From: Vicugna vicugna
Taxonomy: Eukaryota
NCBI GenBank assembly: GCA_013265495.1
Contig: MU058000.1
Location: 992,001-1,056,000 of the forward strand
Direction: 5' to 3'
DNA: 64,000 bases
Numbering within the stretch: the stretch's first letter is position 1; each line of letters begins with the position of its first letter. The position numbers and the translations under genes are program-made. Below are positions 1 through 12,703 of this stretch, one piece after another. The notes under the pieces were generated by a model, which was given only the letters and a program-made list of their open reading frames with translations, was not told the origin of the DNA and made no database searches.

Positions 1-335
1 CTTCAGGTAACAGGGAACTGCTAAGAGTTTTTAATCAGAAGATTAATACAGTCATATTTGTGTTTGTGCTGCGCTGTGTGTGTGTGTGTGTGTGAGATCA
101 TGGACAGGATGCAGATTAGTTCAGAGCTAATTCCAGGTGGAGGATGGTGAGAGCTGGGTGCAGGCAGCAGATGTTGAGATGGAGAGGAGACAGGATTTAG
201 GGAGGAAGCTCTTAGTGACTGGTGTGACTGGTTCTCGGCGGTTGGATGAGAAGGCTTTGGCCGAGTGGAAGATGTTAGGCTCTGAAAGTCTCCTTCACTG
301 AGGTGGGAAATGCAGGTGGAGGAAGCAGTTTCATG
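1..335 (-). mobile_element. Degenerate LINE-2 fragment
   Basis: Purine-rich L2-antisense-like motifs (gatggagaggagacaggatttagggagg; ttcactgaggtgggaaatgcaggtggaggaagcagtt); boundaries approximate. Confidence 0.55.
75..94. repeat. (TG)10 microsatellite
   Basis: Directly visible. Confidence 0.95.
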
Positions 336-344
336 ACTTGAATG

Positions 345-680
345 ATCAACTCTAAGTGGATGACTCCCAAATCCATACTTCTAGTCCAGATCTGTATTCT
401 TCTCTGTTCCAGTTCTTTACTGGATGACTGCATTCAGCCCACAGGCACCTGAAACCCAGCCTGTCACCAAACAGAGATGGTGGTTTTGCTTTCTGAGTCC
501 TCTCCTCACTCTTGGTTCCCTTGGTGAGTGACCCCAACGTCAATCCTGTTGCTGTCCATCCTCACATTCAGGAATTATCCTTGATGCTCCTTCCTATGTG
601 ACCTGCATCCAGTTATCCCCAGATTCTGTCCACTTGACATCTTTAATAGCTTTTCAGTTTGTTCATTATTTTCCAGCACC
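345..680 (+). mobile_element. Degenerate LINE-2 fragment
   Basis: gatgactcccaaatc...tctagtccagatct...ggcacctgaaacccagc resembles the L2 3' region. Confidence 0.65.
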
Positions 681-819
681 TCTTAGAAGACTAGGAAGTG
701 GAAGTAAGGTGCTGAGGGGCTTCCAGGACAGGGGCCTGTGTTAGAATTTAAGATTTCAGAGACATTTTGATTCTAAATGATTAAAATGCCTTCATATGCA
801 GTGGCTGGAGATGGGTGGG

Positions 820-1186
820 TGTCTTAGTCTGTTTGGGCTCTTGTGGCAAAAATACCATAGACTCAATGGTTTAAACAACATACATTTATTTCTCACACTT
901 CTGGACCCCGGAATGTCCACGGTCAAGACATTGGAAGGTTCAATGTTGTGGGTGAGGGCCCATTTCTGGTTCACAGATGGCTGTTTTCTCTCTCTGTTCT
1001 CATATGGCCGAGGGAGTGAAGGAGCTTACTGGGGTCTCATTTATAAGGGCATTAATCGCATTCGTGAGAGTTCCACCCTCATGCCCTAATCACCTCCCCA
1101 AAGCCCCACCTCTTAATGTCATCACATTGGGGGTTAGGATTTCAGTACATGAATTCTGGGAGGACATGAACATTTGGTCCACAATA
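820..1186 (-). mobile_element. MaLR solo LTR, MLT1A-like
   Basis: Starts tgtcttagtctgtttgggct, ends gggggttaggatttcagtacatgaattctgggaggac...cacaata; exact 5-bp TSD gtggg at 815-819 and 1187-1191. Confidence 0.9.
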
Positions 1187-1639
1187 GTGGGTAAAGAATG
1201 CCCTAGGGAGGTCACAGAATTGGAAAAATGCACATTCCTTTTGGCCCAACATATGAGCCTCTTTCATATGCATGAGACAATTCCCTACATTATAAATTAC
1301 TAACAATTGAAAATGCTAGATACTCACCTCTTAAGCCTCATTTGCAATTATGAGGGAATGACCAAAGGACCCAGTTGCCACCAACTAGATGGTTGTTGGT
1401 GTAACCAGGTATAACCACCAGAAATGGCATATGGTGTTGCAAGAGTACGTGCTTAACACAAAAGTGACGGCATCGACTGTGGTGGTGGTGGCTGCAGTAA
1501 GAGTAAACCTCTGGTGTACAAATGGCAGTAGGAAAAGAGCAACATTTAAGGTGGCCCTTACTAGACCAGATCTGGGGTGTGCTTTTGGGCATTGATGCTG
1601 ACTACTTAAGACTTGAGTCTTCCCAGTGAGCCAGAAAAT

Positions 1640-1995
1640 GTGTCAGCTCAGCGTCTCTCGGCTGCCAAAACAGAAAACACAGCTAATGGTGGCTTAGGCC
1701 GTTAGGATTCCCTCCCACGACCCTCATAAAACAAGAAATCTGGAATTGAGTAGTTATCGACATTTGTTGATGGTGTCAAGGATTTCTGTTCCTCTCTTGG
1801 CCGTTCCCTTGGACTGCAGTCTCCGTTCAAGACAGGAAGAAGGGGAGACAGGTTGGCAGCAGGTGTGTCTTTACATTTTACCAGGGAAGCCAAAGCTTTC
1901 GCGGAAGTCCCAGCAGACTTAGGCTTACTGGCCAGCTTATTGGCCAGAGCTGAGTAATGTGGTCAACTAACTGTATGGGAAGGTGGCAAAGGAGG
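1640..1995 (-). mobile_element. Old MaLR LTR fragment (MLT1J/K-like)
   Basis: aacagaaaacacagctaatggtggctta and ttattggccagagctgagtaatgtggtcaa motifs. Confidence 0.5.
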
Positions 1996-2159
1996 GAGAG
2001 GAGTACTTACTGAATATTTGGAGTGTCCAATGTCAGTTACAAAAGTGGGAAATGGAGAAATAAGTTGAGAAAGCAACAGGCAGTCTACCCTGTCTACCAT
2101 AATGAGCTATGCAATAGCCTTAAAAAATCCACTTTTTAATATACAATTTGAAAAAAAAT

Positions 2160-2428
2160 TATTTTTTATTGAAGTATAGTTGATTTACAATGTTTCAGGT
2201 ATACAGCAAAGTGATTCAGTTATACATATATATAAGTAAGTATGCATTCTTTTTCATTGTAGCTTATTACAAGATGTTGAATATAGTTCCCTGTGCTATA
2301 CAGTAGGTCCTTGTTGTTTATCTATTTTATGCACAGTAGTGTATATCTGTTAATCCCAAATTCCAAATTCATCTCCCCACCCCTTTCCCCTTTCATAACC
2401 ATGAGTTTGTCTTCTATGTCTGTGAGTC
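2160..2428 (-). mobile_element. 5'-truncated LINE-1 3' end
   Basis: ttttttattgaagtatagttgatttacaatg...agttccctgtgctatacagtagg...ttctatgtctgtgagtct is the antisense artiodactyl L1 3' UTR with a T-tract. Confidence 0.9.
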
Positions 2429-5400
2429 TAATTCTGAGAAAACCATTTTTCATTGTTGGTGTTGCTTCAATCAACCAGGGTCAGTCTCTTGTTTTCCACA
2501 GAGAACACTGTTTGTTAACCCAAAGCTTGGCATCTACTCCAGTCAAACACGGAGTGATTCAGGAGTTAAAAATGCTTCTAAAAGCTTGCTTGACTTAGAG
2601 AGTGGTGCCTCCATTGGTTGAAACAAGGAAAACACTAAGGGGTGAATGGTTTAACATATTACCCCATTTACTCTATCCTCTGCAATAGAAAAAGAAGTGT
2701 TTTGACAGACATTCTAATTGGTAGAATGTCTGGCAAAGATATTTTTGAACTGGGGAGAGCTCCTTTTGCCTGTTTCAGGTGCTGAAGCCCCCTCTTCCAC
2801 CTTTTGGTTAGCTTTTCCTGGGATGTTTATAGACCATTTTGAATTTTCAGTGTTATTATGGTTGTTTTGAGAAGGGGGCTCCTGCCTGTTTGTGCCTAGG
2901 CCTTGTTCCATGAGTGATAGGATTTAATTCTTTATAAAGGGGGTAAATGAGGTTGATTAAGTGGTGATTTAGTGAATCCATTATAATATAAATTCATAGA
3001 GATGCAACCCTTAGTTATTGATTTTCCTTTTATTACTTTTTTCTTTGGGGAAACATTTATTGAAAATTGGCAGTGAGAAAACCCTTTCTTGGGGTCATCT
3101 AGTGAATGCCAGTGTCTTCACATGGCCAGTTACTATCTTCTACCTCGGTGCCTTTGCATGTGCATCCGCTGTGTGCCTTGCTAACTTCTACTCCTCCTTT
3201 AAGGCACTGGTAGGTATCACCTCCTGCTGAAAGCCTTCCAGGATTCCATAAGTTTAGATATTCCACCTTTAGAGGAGACGCCCCTTGTTTTATTTCTCTC
3301 TTTATTCCATATGCACGGAACAGAACCAGACACATTTTAGCTTCTCAGTGCATGCTTGCTGAATGAAGGATGAGTCAGCGTTAGAGAACTCACAGCTAAT
3401 TGGTATTAGTCTTGATCCGTGGGAGGAAGAGAGTGCATACTGAAGAAAGAGAGAAAGAGAGGGAGTTCTTAGCCATTCCCAGAGTAAGAGAGGGCCAGGG
3501 AGGAGGAGTGAGGCGAGGTGGGAATACAGACAATGTCTCCATCCAGCTCACGTTGCCTTGGGTATGGGAGGACTTGGGGGAATTCACCTGACAGTCACGT
3601 TGGAGCTTTTTCACTTGTCTATAATTCTGGAACTGTTCTTGCCTCTTTGCCACCCACTCCAGTTATTCAAATCCCCAGAGAGACCTCACTCCCCAGCATG
3701 ACACAGTCTCCCAAACCATGCTTTCCAATTCTTATACGCTAGTGGGGGAGCTATGATGTTTCCATCTCTCTGCCTTCAACTTTAACAGCTCTGGAAAGAA
3801 GCTATGATGATGATGGTATCGCTCTACACTCTTTAATCTTCTAGGTTGTCAGGCCAAGGAAGTAGCTGGATTGATTCTATACCTTATGTTTCTGTGTCTC
3901 TTCAGAAGCAAAAAGGCGGCCGAGCAGTCTAGCAGCACAGCCCTGGTTTGTGATCGAGCAGGCTCACCTGCTCCGCGCCTTGGAGGGCAGTCACTGTTTC
4001 CCGCTACAGCTCGTTGAAACAGATTGCGAGAAATTTCATTCTTAGGAGCTCCTGAAAGATTCTGAGTTTCTTTTCTCTTCTCTGAGATTCTTTCCCTTCT
4101 TCACATTTGATCCATAGTCAGTTGCCTTTGTCACATTGTCTGGTATGAGGACTCTGAAGTGTTTCAGCCGCCCTAATACGTCTTTTCTGAGCTCGAACCA
4201 GCTGCCCTTCTTTTTGCAGTTCTGTTTTGATGCTTGAGATGATTGTCTGTATCGTGATTGTTAACTTTGAAAAATGCTTTTCTGTTCTTAGGAGTAAGGT
4301 GGTATTTGGCAATGTGACCAATAAATAGACTCTAGTTTCCTCTTTCTATCAGAAGGAGGAAGAAAATTCTTCCCTCCCATGTTCCTGTGATTTTTTCGTG
4401 CAGAAGGGAAGTGAAGACTTTGCATTGTCTGCTGTATCCTTTTCCCTGATCGGTAAGGGCAATGGATTATGATTCGTGGCGGAACCAGAACTGCCCCACT
4501 GCTAAAAAAATTGAAGTCAAACTCAACTTTCTAATTTTAGACTCAAAATCAAGTGGCTTTTAAATTTAAAAGATATTCTGTCGTTTATTTCCAGAGTGAT
4601 GTGTTATTTAGTACTCGGCCTAAACTGGGCCAACCTACTGGAGTATTTTGTGGTAATCATGCTACCTGGGGCACCAGAATTGCTGCTGGGTCTTGGCTTT
4701 CTCCTTAGGGATTGTGAAAATATAAAAAGAAAATCACTGTAGCTGGGAAAATCTGCTTTATTATTCAGAAAGCACTGCTGTTCGCTTTTGTGGGAGTGTT
4801 TCCCAGGGATAGTCTTAATTATTGATGGCTAAATTCTCATTACTTGATGGAAGTTGAACTTTAAGGAGAAACAAGAGGCAACTTTCCTTTGTTAATTGGT
4901 AATACACGTGGTCTTCCTTACATCCATTAAAGAAGATATTGGCTTGGCAGGAAAGAGAGGTCAGAGAGTATGGCAAGAGGAAAGGGGAGACAGGAGAGGA
5001 GAGTGTAAATTCATGTCTAGACTCCTTAGAGATCCCGCCTAGTTCTAGTAAGAAATTAACACTACTTATCTCTTTCACATATGAATATATAACAGTGAGA
5101 AAAATCCTTGTGAAAAAAAAATCCAAAAAATAGCACTGCCCTTCTATAAGGGTGTTTCTGCTTGTAGGAGAGCCCTCTTTGTTCTGCGGGATCCTTTGTG
5201 GGCTTGAATATGAAAAGGTAGCCAGCTCTGAGTGTGAGGGCAGGGGCTGCCGAACACTGACTTGTTCTCCGCAGTGCACTGGGGAGGTTTTACAGTTGGG
5301 AGTGGGGAGCAGGGAGCAGAATCTTGGAGGGACAAAGCATGGGAGGGAGTAAAAATGGAAGGCGAGCATTCAGTCCTTGTGATGACCCAAGTGGGGAATT

Positions 5401-7139
5401 TCATAGGTTGAAGTGACTCTTGACAAACTCCTAGTGGTGTGTTATCCAGAGCCTTTTAGAACAAGGACGTCTAATGCTTAATTTGAAGTTGTTTGTATTA
5501 CTGTGATATAAGCCCCCGTTCCCAGAGAATTGTTTGGATAAGTCAGCTTTTGCTGAAATAATGTTGCACAGCCCCCAAATCTCAGAGACTTTAAACAAAA
5601 ATATTCATTTTTTGTTCATGGGTCTGTGGGGTGAGCTGCAGTAACTGTGCTCTAGGCTGCAGGTCTGTTCCTGTGGCTTTTATTTGAGGGGGCAGCAGGA
5701 AGCTTCAGTCTTTCAGAAAGCCCTCTGTGTTCACAGGCAACACACATGTGCACTGCCTTAAGGCAGGGTTTTTGTTTGTTTCTCTGTTTACTTATTTATT
5801 TATTAATAAAATAAGGGAAGGGGTGAGTTGCTAATCAGGTTGCCACAGTATAAATCAGGATGACATGACAGGAGATCATCGATAGAGAACATTCAGCAGG
5901 AGTAGGAACACGAAGCCAGGTGACGATGACTGTGGAAGGTTCCACACACCCTCCCCCCTATCATTTGCAGAGATCTTGTACATGTGAAGTGATTTGCTTT
6001 TCTCCATCCATGCACTGAAAATTCACACCATCCTTTTTCTTTTTTAAGGTGCAGGAATCTCCAACTTACACATGTGCTTCATGTAAGCTTTGAGACCAGT
6101 AAAATTATTCACTCTGACCCCTACCTATAGAAAACCTGCCCCCATTCTTGAGCCCATCTCATTTTATACAGTCATTTTGTTCTTCCAAATAAAAATAATC
6201 TGATTGGTTCTCAGAGAATCACTCCTCAAACCCTTTGATGATTCTGTTTCCTATCTAGTAGTGTCACCACTGCCTCCAGATATAAATCTGGCTAAGAATT
6301 GGGAGAGACTTTTTTTTTGACTAAATACTGTCAACTATTGAATCTGAAAGCTCAGCTCTTGTTTTTTTTCCTACTTCTTTTACTGGCTCCACTAGGGAAC
6401 TCAAGAAAACAAAAACAAAGCAAAAACCCAAAGCTTATTGTATGTCTAGTTTTTCACCAGCTTTTTGCTGCTTCCTAAGCTCAAAGCAGTTCTTTTTTAG
6501 ATCGGAAGATTTGTAAGTTGGCAGTTTTTAATAAGGGTATCATCTGTACAGTCATTTTTAGAAAACGCACCCACCCTAATCATTTCTTTTCCCCAAATAG
6601 AAGCTTATTTTCTGTTTGATTTCCTTTTTCTTTTTAAGATTTTTTTGCATAAGAATCTTTTGCCTGATCTGATAAAGAGGAAAAGGAGAGTGCCAATATT
6701 CTTTTGCTTCCCAATGAGGTAGGGACAAAGAGAGGCTAAAGTATATTTTTTTCAAAAAGGAAGGGCAAGGTTGAAGGAAATAGATCAGTCCCGTGAGCTG
6801 ATCCCTTCCACCCTGAGGAGCTCAGCTCTGCATGGCCTTGTTATTGTAACCATTTTCCCTTCCCTGCAACTTTTCTTATGGAGAGAAGGGGATGGGGAAA
6901 GCCATTTCCGTCATTTTCCCTCATTATTGCCCTGTTTTCCCCTACAGCTGGCTCTTCTGGGGCTGAGTGCTCACGGCAAGAGTGGACTTCTCCTTTCTGA
7001 TGTTGCTGTCCCAAAGGACAGTTGTGTGTTGAAGAAAATATCCTATCAGGTTCTGGTCGGTTAGAATTGAATTAACCAGCTGAGAAAACTACTACTTGTA
7101 ACCAGTGAGCTTTTAAATCTGAGGCTTCCTTTTTCATGC

Positions 7140-7612
7140 TGTTACCAATCCCGTTCTTGGACTCTAATCAGAAATTGATAAGAGGCCAGACAAGAAATTC
7201 AGACAAGGCTTTATTGGGGCTCGTGCTGTAGCAGAAGGGGGCAAAAACAAGTAACAGGTTCCCTTGCTCGCTCCCTGAGGTGGGGCAAGCTGGTCTCTTA
7301 AATGGGGTAAGAGTTGGGGCAGATTGGTGCGTTAGGCTGAAGGGCTGGCTTAGGTGATCTGCCTACTCCCTTGGTGGTGCTGTGTGCAAGAATCATGAAC
7401 AGACCCTGCTTTTGCTCCTGGCACTTCAGAAGTGGCAGCTGGGTTTTGGCCTTTTTTGTATCTTGTTGTTCATAATTTGCTGCAACTGGGCATGCGTGCA
7501 GTTATTATTATTATTTTTTGTCCCTTATGGTTTCTTTGTATTCTGTTGCTCAATGTCCAGTTGCAAGCTCTGCAGTAAAGGATCCCAGGTCCCAGGTCCC
7601 AGCCTATCTCAA
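7140..7612 (-). mobile_element. Solo LTR (ERV1-like)
   Basis: TG...CA termini (tgttacc ... cctatctca(aca)); minus-strand AATAAA (ctttattgg ~7210) and TATA-like tttaag; ~470 bp; no clean TSD. Confidence 0.7.
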
Positions 7613-9019
7613 CATGAGCAAAGAATTTCAGAGCCACAAAATATTTACAGCGTATCTTTTCCAGCCACGCTGGTTTGTAGATGGAGTTCCAGGAGAAGCT
7701 GAAGGCTTTCCTAAGGTCAGACAACTAGTTCTCGGTAGTTCTGGGATTAGAGCCCAGTTGTCTTAATTCTGTTCTTTCCATTATATTTGATGTAATTCTA
7801 GAGTCTAGATTACAATTAAAGGCGCATATTAAAATTCATCATTAACCTCTAAAGTGGCAGATTGAGTTTCAATAGACAGAATGCTAAAATTCCCAGTAGG
7901 GATAATAAGGAGTCAATTGGGAAGGAATGAAACTGCTGAAGAATAAAACAACTTCCCAGAGTCTCACTTTCCGTAGAAATGTATCTAACAAGAAACTTAT
8001 TCCAAGGCATGAACATTTAAAGGAAAGGGGTTTGACACAAGAGCAGAGAAGGATTGTCAAAGCTAAACTAGAAAATTTTTCCCTGTGTCATTCTGGGAGA
8101 TGCTGGAACAAAGAAACACAATGTCATTAACAAAGGAAGGAGGATTGGAAAGGGCTCAATGTTTTTACGCTTAAAATGTATGCTTTCTTCTTTCTAGGTT
8201 TATAAATATGACTTTGGAGGTGGAAATTTCTTACAAAACAACACGGTCTCTTCGCTTTACTTCTGTAACAGTAAATCTGAATTTAAATAACTCTAATCTT
8301 CACGTAGACCAAAGTACCTTTCATATATTTTTGAGTTGCTTGACTGCTTCTTTCTTGCAAGTTCCCTCTGTATAGCTGAGCTCTGTGTGGATTTTTAATT
8401 CTTTCCCCCCTTATTTCTCTCTCACAGCAACCTTTTCTTGTGGTGAGACAGGGCTGGGGAAAGGGATTTCTGTCATTTTCCTCACAACTTCCTTGGAACC
8501 TAGGGTAGTAGTTGAGAAACAAGGTGTGATGGAGGGCGATGAAGCAGGAGTGGGGACTTGTGAAAATACTGATCATTTATGGCTTAATTATTCTCTTAAA
8601 GGGAGAAAACCTGGGTCCCCCAAATTGACGGAAATTATATAAAGCTGAGTGGTCAAATTGGTGGAAGGGAACGAGGGAGCATGAGTAGTCGCAGACAAAT
8701 CTAGAGACAGAGGCAGGAGTTAACATTCTAGACGTTATTGGAGGAAATGTGCCTTTTCTGACTTTCTTCCCCCAAGACCCAGAGTAGCGGTGCCCAAGTA
8801 GAGAACTTTCCTGGAGTCTCCCTTCTTCCATCACCAAACCTGTGCCTTCCCTCCCGTCTACCCCGCCTCCCTCCCTTGCTTTCTTCTTTCCTTCCATCCT
8901 CCAGTGAATCTTCCTTCCTTATCTCTAAGATTGTTGAATATGTGTTTTAATGTCTATAGACCCATTTGACTTTATTTTAAATAGTACTTAATTTAAAAAT
9001 TTAATAATAATAATAACAG

Positions 9020-9250
9020 TGTTAATACTGGCTACCTTTTAATGAGCATGTCTAATGTCTTTCTATACATTTAGTCGTCACCACAAAACTATCCATAACT
9101 GGTTTTTCCCTCCCTTTTACAGGTGAGGAAATAGAGGTTAGAGAGGTTAATCACTTATGTTGTTTCTGTCAAAGAGGCATTCACTGGAAGAGCTGAGACT
9201 TGAACACATGCTTTTCTGATTCGAAAGCCTGGTTTCTAGACTTCAATATG
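9020..9250 (-). mobile_element. MIR SINE
   Basis: Core ttttacaggtgaggaaatagaggttagagaggttaatcactt. Confidence 0.8.
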
Positions 9251-10419
9251 TTATCAACAGCTGTCCCCTCCCTCTCCATCCTCCACCTCATACTTTCTCC
9301 AAAATCCCTGGAACTCAAATCTCTGGCCCATGTATGATTTCCACATTTAGCACCAGAGTTTTTAGTGAAGAGTCACACTGTGAGAATGTATTACCTTGGA
9401 TAATAGAAGTGAAGCTGCGCTGATGGCGGTGTCTACGTGCTAAGGGTTTGCTGTGCAAAGGAAGAGATACCTTGGTCAGTTGGAGTGTAAGATTCCAGAA
9501 GGTTTGTTAGAGATAAACAAAGAAGACAAGGATTCATTCAGTTTATTCCACAAACAGTTGTTGCTGGCGAGTCTGCAGCTTTCAGAAAAGACAAGACTCC
9601 ACTTGGAAAGAAAACCACCCAAACAGTCCTCCCCATTCTTCCTTCCAAGTGCTTGTTAAGTGAGTTTTGTTTCAGAATACTTTTTTTTTTTTTTGGATGG
9701 AGAAGATTCTAAGCATTCAAGGGTTCTGGATCAACAACTCTGATGGCGGCTCAGTGTTCCATTTATTCTCAGCAAGGGAATAAAACACTTACACTAAAGA
9801 ATTTAATTCTTACCCCATCCCCCTTCACTCCTCTCTCCCCGCCCAGCCCCTCCACCTGAATGTTTTCGCTCTAGTTGTGCAGAGCACGGGAGAGACTTGT
9901 AGGCAGCCGTGGGGAAGTGTGCTGTTTAGCAAAAGCTCTGTTTGGTGGGCAGAGTGGTCCTTTTGTCTTTGTCAGTCACTACGTGAAAAGAGAAGTACGT
10001 GAAGAGAGAAGCGCACCTCTTCTGCTCCCTCAGTGATGTTTCCTGCACCTCGGACAGTTGTGATTATGCCTGGGCCACTCTCCAGCATCCTGCAAGTCCC
10101 GTGTTTGAACACCGGGTACCCGGAACCCTCACCCTCATAGCAGCAGGAGTTTGCTTGGCTAGTCCTGAAGTGTTTCGGAAGCAGAGTTCGTGATGACTTT
10201 TGGCAATGGTTGATGTAAAGGAAAGAGAATAGAGACACAACTCATGAAGTTTAATTTTATTCCAGACTTTAGATGGAATTCCACTACTGAATTCCAGACG
10301 TTGGAAGGCCAGAGCTAGCTCCCATGCCTGCTAGTCTTTGTGGAAAGCAGAGTCATTAAGATAGCACTGTGAAAATGACTGTGTGGTATTTGCCTGGCTT
10401 TGGCCAGAATACAGTTAAT

Positions 10420-10628
10420 GATGATAAACACTCTCTATTGAGTAACTGCTGTGTGTTAGGTTTACAAATACTATTTCTCTGAATCTTCACAACAACTCTA
10501 TAAGTTTGGCAATCTTTTGCTCGCTTTATGTGTAAGGAAACAGGCTCAGCGTGGTTGGAAAATTTTCTCAGAGTCATGTAGAAAGGACTAGGACTCAAAG
10601 CCCATGAATGCTCTTTAATATAATGCAC
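10420..10628 (-). mobile_element. MIR SINE
   Basis: tgaatcttcacaacaactcta...aaggaaacaggctcagcgtggtt. Confidence 0.7.
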
Positions 10629-10633
10629 TGTAA

Positions 10634-11137
10634 TGTAATTGTTGGGATTCCTTGGAGAAAAAGAACACATTCTGTACGTGTTTGCTATGAGGAATTGGCG
10701 CACGTGATTAGGGAGCTGAGAAGTCGCACAATGTGCCATCTGCAAGCTGGAGACCAAGGAAAACTGGTAGTGTAGTTCCAGTCTGAGTCTGAAGACCTGA
10801 GAACCAGGGGAGTTGATGGTTTCAGTCCCAGTCCAAGGGCAGGAAAAATCAGTGTCCCAGCTCAGCAGTCAGGCAGAGAAGAGAGAGAGAGACAGGCAGA
10901 CAGACAGACACACAGACACCAAGAGAGAGAGAAAGATTTCTTTCCCTTCTCCTTTTGTTTTATTCAAGCACTCAGTGGGTGGGATGATGTCCACCCACAC
11001 TGAGGAGGGCAGTCTGCTTTACTCCATCTACTGATTCAAATGCTAATCTTTGCCAGAAACACCCAGAAATAATGTGTAGCCAAATATCTGGACAGTCTGT
11101 GGTCCAGTCAAGTTGACACATAAAATGAACCATCACA
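10634..11137 (-). mobile_element. ERVL solo LTR, MLT2-like
   Basis: ctgcaagctggagacc...gtctgagtctgaagacctgagaaccagggg and the terminus ccagtcaagttgacacataaaatgaaccatcaca. Confidence 0.9.
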
Positions 11138-11214
11138 ACTGTATATATTGTATGTAACAAGAGTATTTTTCTATCCTTTGGGAAGGACTGTAGCCTATGG
11201 AATCTGACATTATG

Positions 11215-11467
11215 TTAGAATGTACAACATCAAGAGTGAACCCTGATGTAAACTGTGGACTTCGGTTGATAGTAACTTGTCCATGTTGGTTCCTTGATTG
11301 TACCAAATACACCACACTGATGGGGGATGTGGAGGGTAGGGGGGAGGGCTACGTGCAAACTCAGTGGGGAGGGCTACGTGTGAACCCTCTGTGTTTTCTG
11401 CTCTGTTCTGATGTGAACCTGAAAATGCTCTAAAAAAATTAAGTTATTAATTAAAAAAAAAAGAAAA
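11215..11467 (+). mobile_element. Old LINE-1 3' end (L1MC-like) with A-tail
   Basis: aagagtgaaccctgatgtaaactgtggactt...caccacactgatgggggatgt followed by an A-rich tail. Confidence 0.8.
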
Positions 11468-12069
11468 TATGTTAGACATTGGCAGAGGTGTGACATAGCC
11501 AAGATCTCAACATTAAACTACTTGGATAACCAGCCCAGAGATACAGAGAAAGGGCTGGGATAAAAAATGCTTTGCATGAAGCCATTAAAATTCTTTGAAA
11601 GAAGTAACTTACGGTATTCACAGGTGGCACTGACGTTGGTGATAGCTACTTAAACGCTGTAAGAGTGAGGGATCCCGAATTGATGAAGTAGGCTGGAACG
11701 AACAAAACGAGTTGTATTTTCAATATCAGTAGCCAGGAGAAGGCTGGAGAGCACAATTACAACAAAACTGGGACCGGGAGAGTGGTGAGGGACTAGAAGC
11801 AAATTTTCAAGAGCCCCAGTTGCTACCGGGGACCACAGTTGAGGTTACCGGGTTTAGGCCTGTGTATCTGATGGTGGTACCAAAGATGCAAGACAGGGAT
11901 ATTGGTTTTCCTTAAAATATTATGAATTATCCTTAGGTATATTCTAGTCTTTTAAAGGAACCCATCATGGATTTATTCTCCCATTAATTTATCCAAAGCA
12001 TTTCTTTTAAAAAATTAATAAATTTGAAAATCTTAAAGGCAACATTCATGGTATTAAAAAAAAGTCAGT

Positions 12070-12196
12070 GGGGAGGGTATAGCTCAAGTGATAGAATGCA
12101 TGCTTAGCATGCATGAGGTCCTGGGTTCAATCCCCTGTACTTCCGCTAAGAATAAATAAACAAGTAAACCTAATTATCTCCCCCCTCCAATAAAAA
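12070..12196 (+). mobile_element. tRNA-derived camelid SINE (Vic-1-like)
   Basis: ggggagggtatagctcaagtg (A box) ... gaggtcctgggttcaatccc (B box), then aaataaa...acctaatta...ccccc and an A-tail; second copy inverted at 40634-40780. Confidence 0.9.
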
Positions 12197-12356
12197 GGTT
12201 GAACAATACAAATGAGTATAGATAAAGAGTAAAAATTTTCCTTTCTACCCTTTTTGTTCCCCAGGGCTACCTCTCAGATGTAACTTAATATTTTTGTGCA
12301 TTTATGCCAGAATTGTTTTATTCATATACAAATACGTGTATGTGTATATGGGGACC

Positions 12357-12703
12357 TGTGATACATTTATGTGTTCATGGGGAGGACGCACCAGGGAAGA
12401 GAAACCTAAGCGGATGACCCAGACTAACCTCCTTATAAGCATGATAACTGGACCACTGAGCAAATAGGCTAATAATACTCCTTAGCCAGAGAGCCTTTAT
12501 CTATGGAATGTTTTCAGTAGGATATCCCTGGATTAGAATTGCTTATGGTAAATATTTACAATCCATGAATTTGTGACACATGACTCTCTGGAGAATATCA
12601 TGTAAACTCCGTGATTCTCTAGTGTCTTAAACGGAGGAGGTGTTTCTTAACTAAACGTCTTCCTGCTGTTTGAGATTCATCCCCTGATAAGGGAACGAAT
12701 TAC
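12357..12703. mobile_element. Possible old solo LTR interrupting an L1 fragment
   Basis: tgtgataca...gaattaca termini; L1ME-like sequence on both sides; family not recognised. Confidence 0.35.

Noticed and set aside
3956..3973. Small hairpin gagcagg-ctca-cctgctc
   Set aside because: A 7-bp stem is expected by chance in 64 kb.
4404..4452. Possible 49-nt exon (cag|...|gtaagg)
   Set aside because: Only generic splice-like dinucleotides, with no recognisable peptide or other support.
12070..12145. tRNA gene
   Set aside because: A and B boxes are present but continue into a SINE tail and recur at 40634-40780 with a TSD; this is a SINE head.
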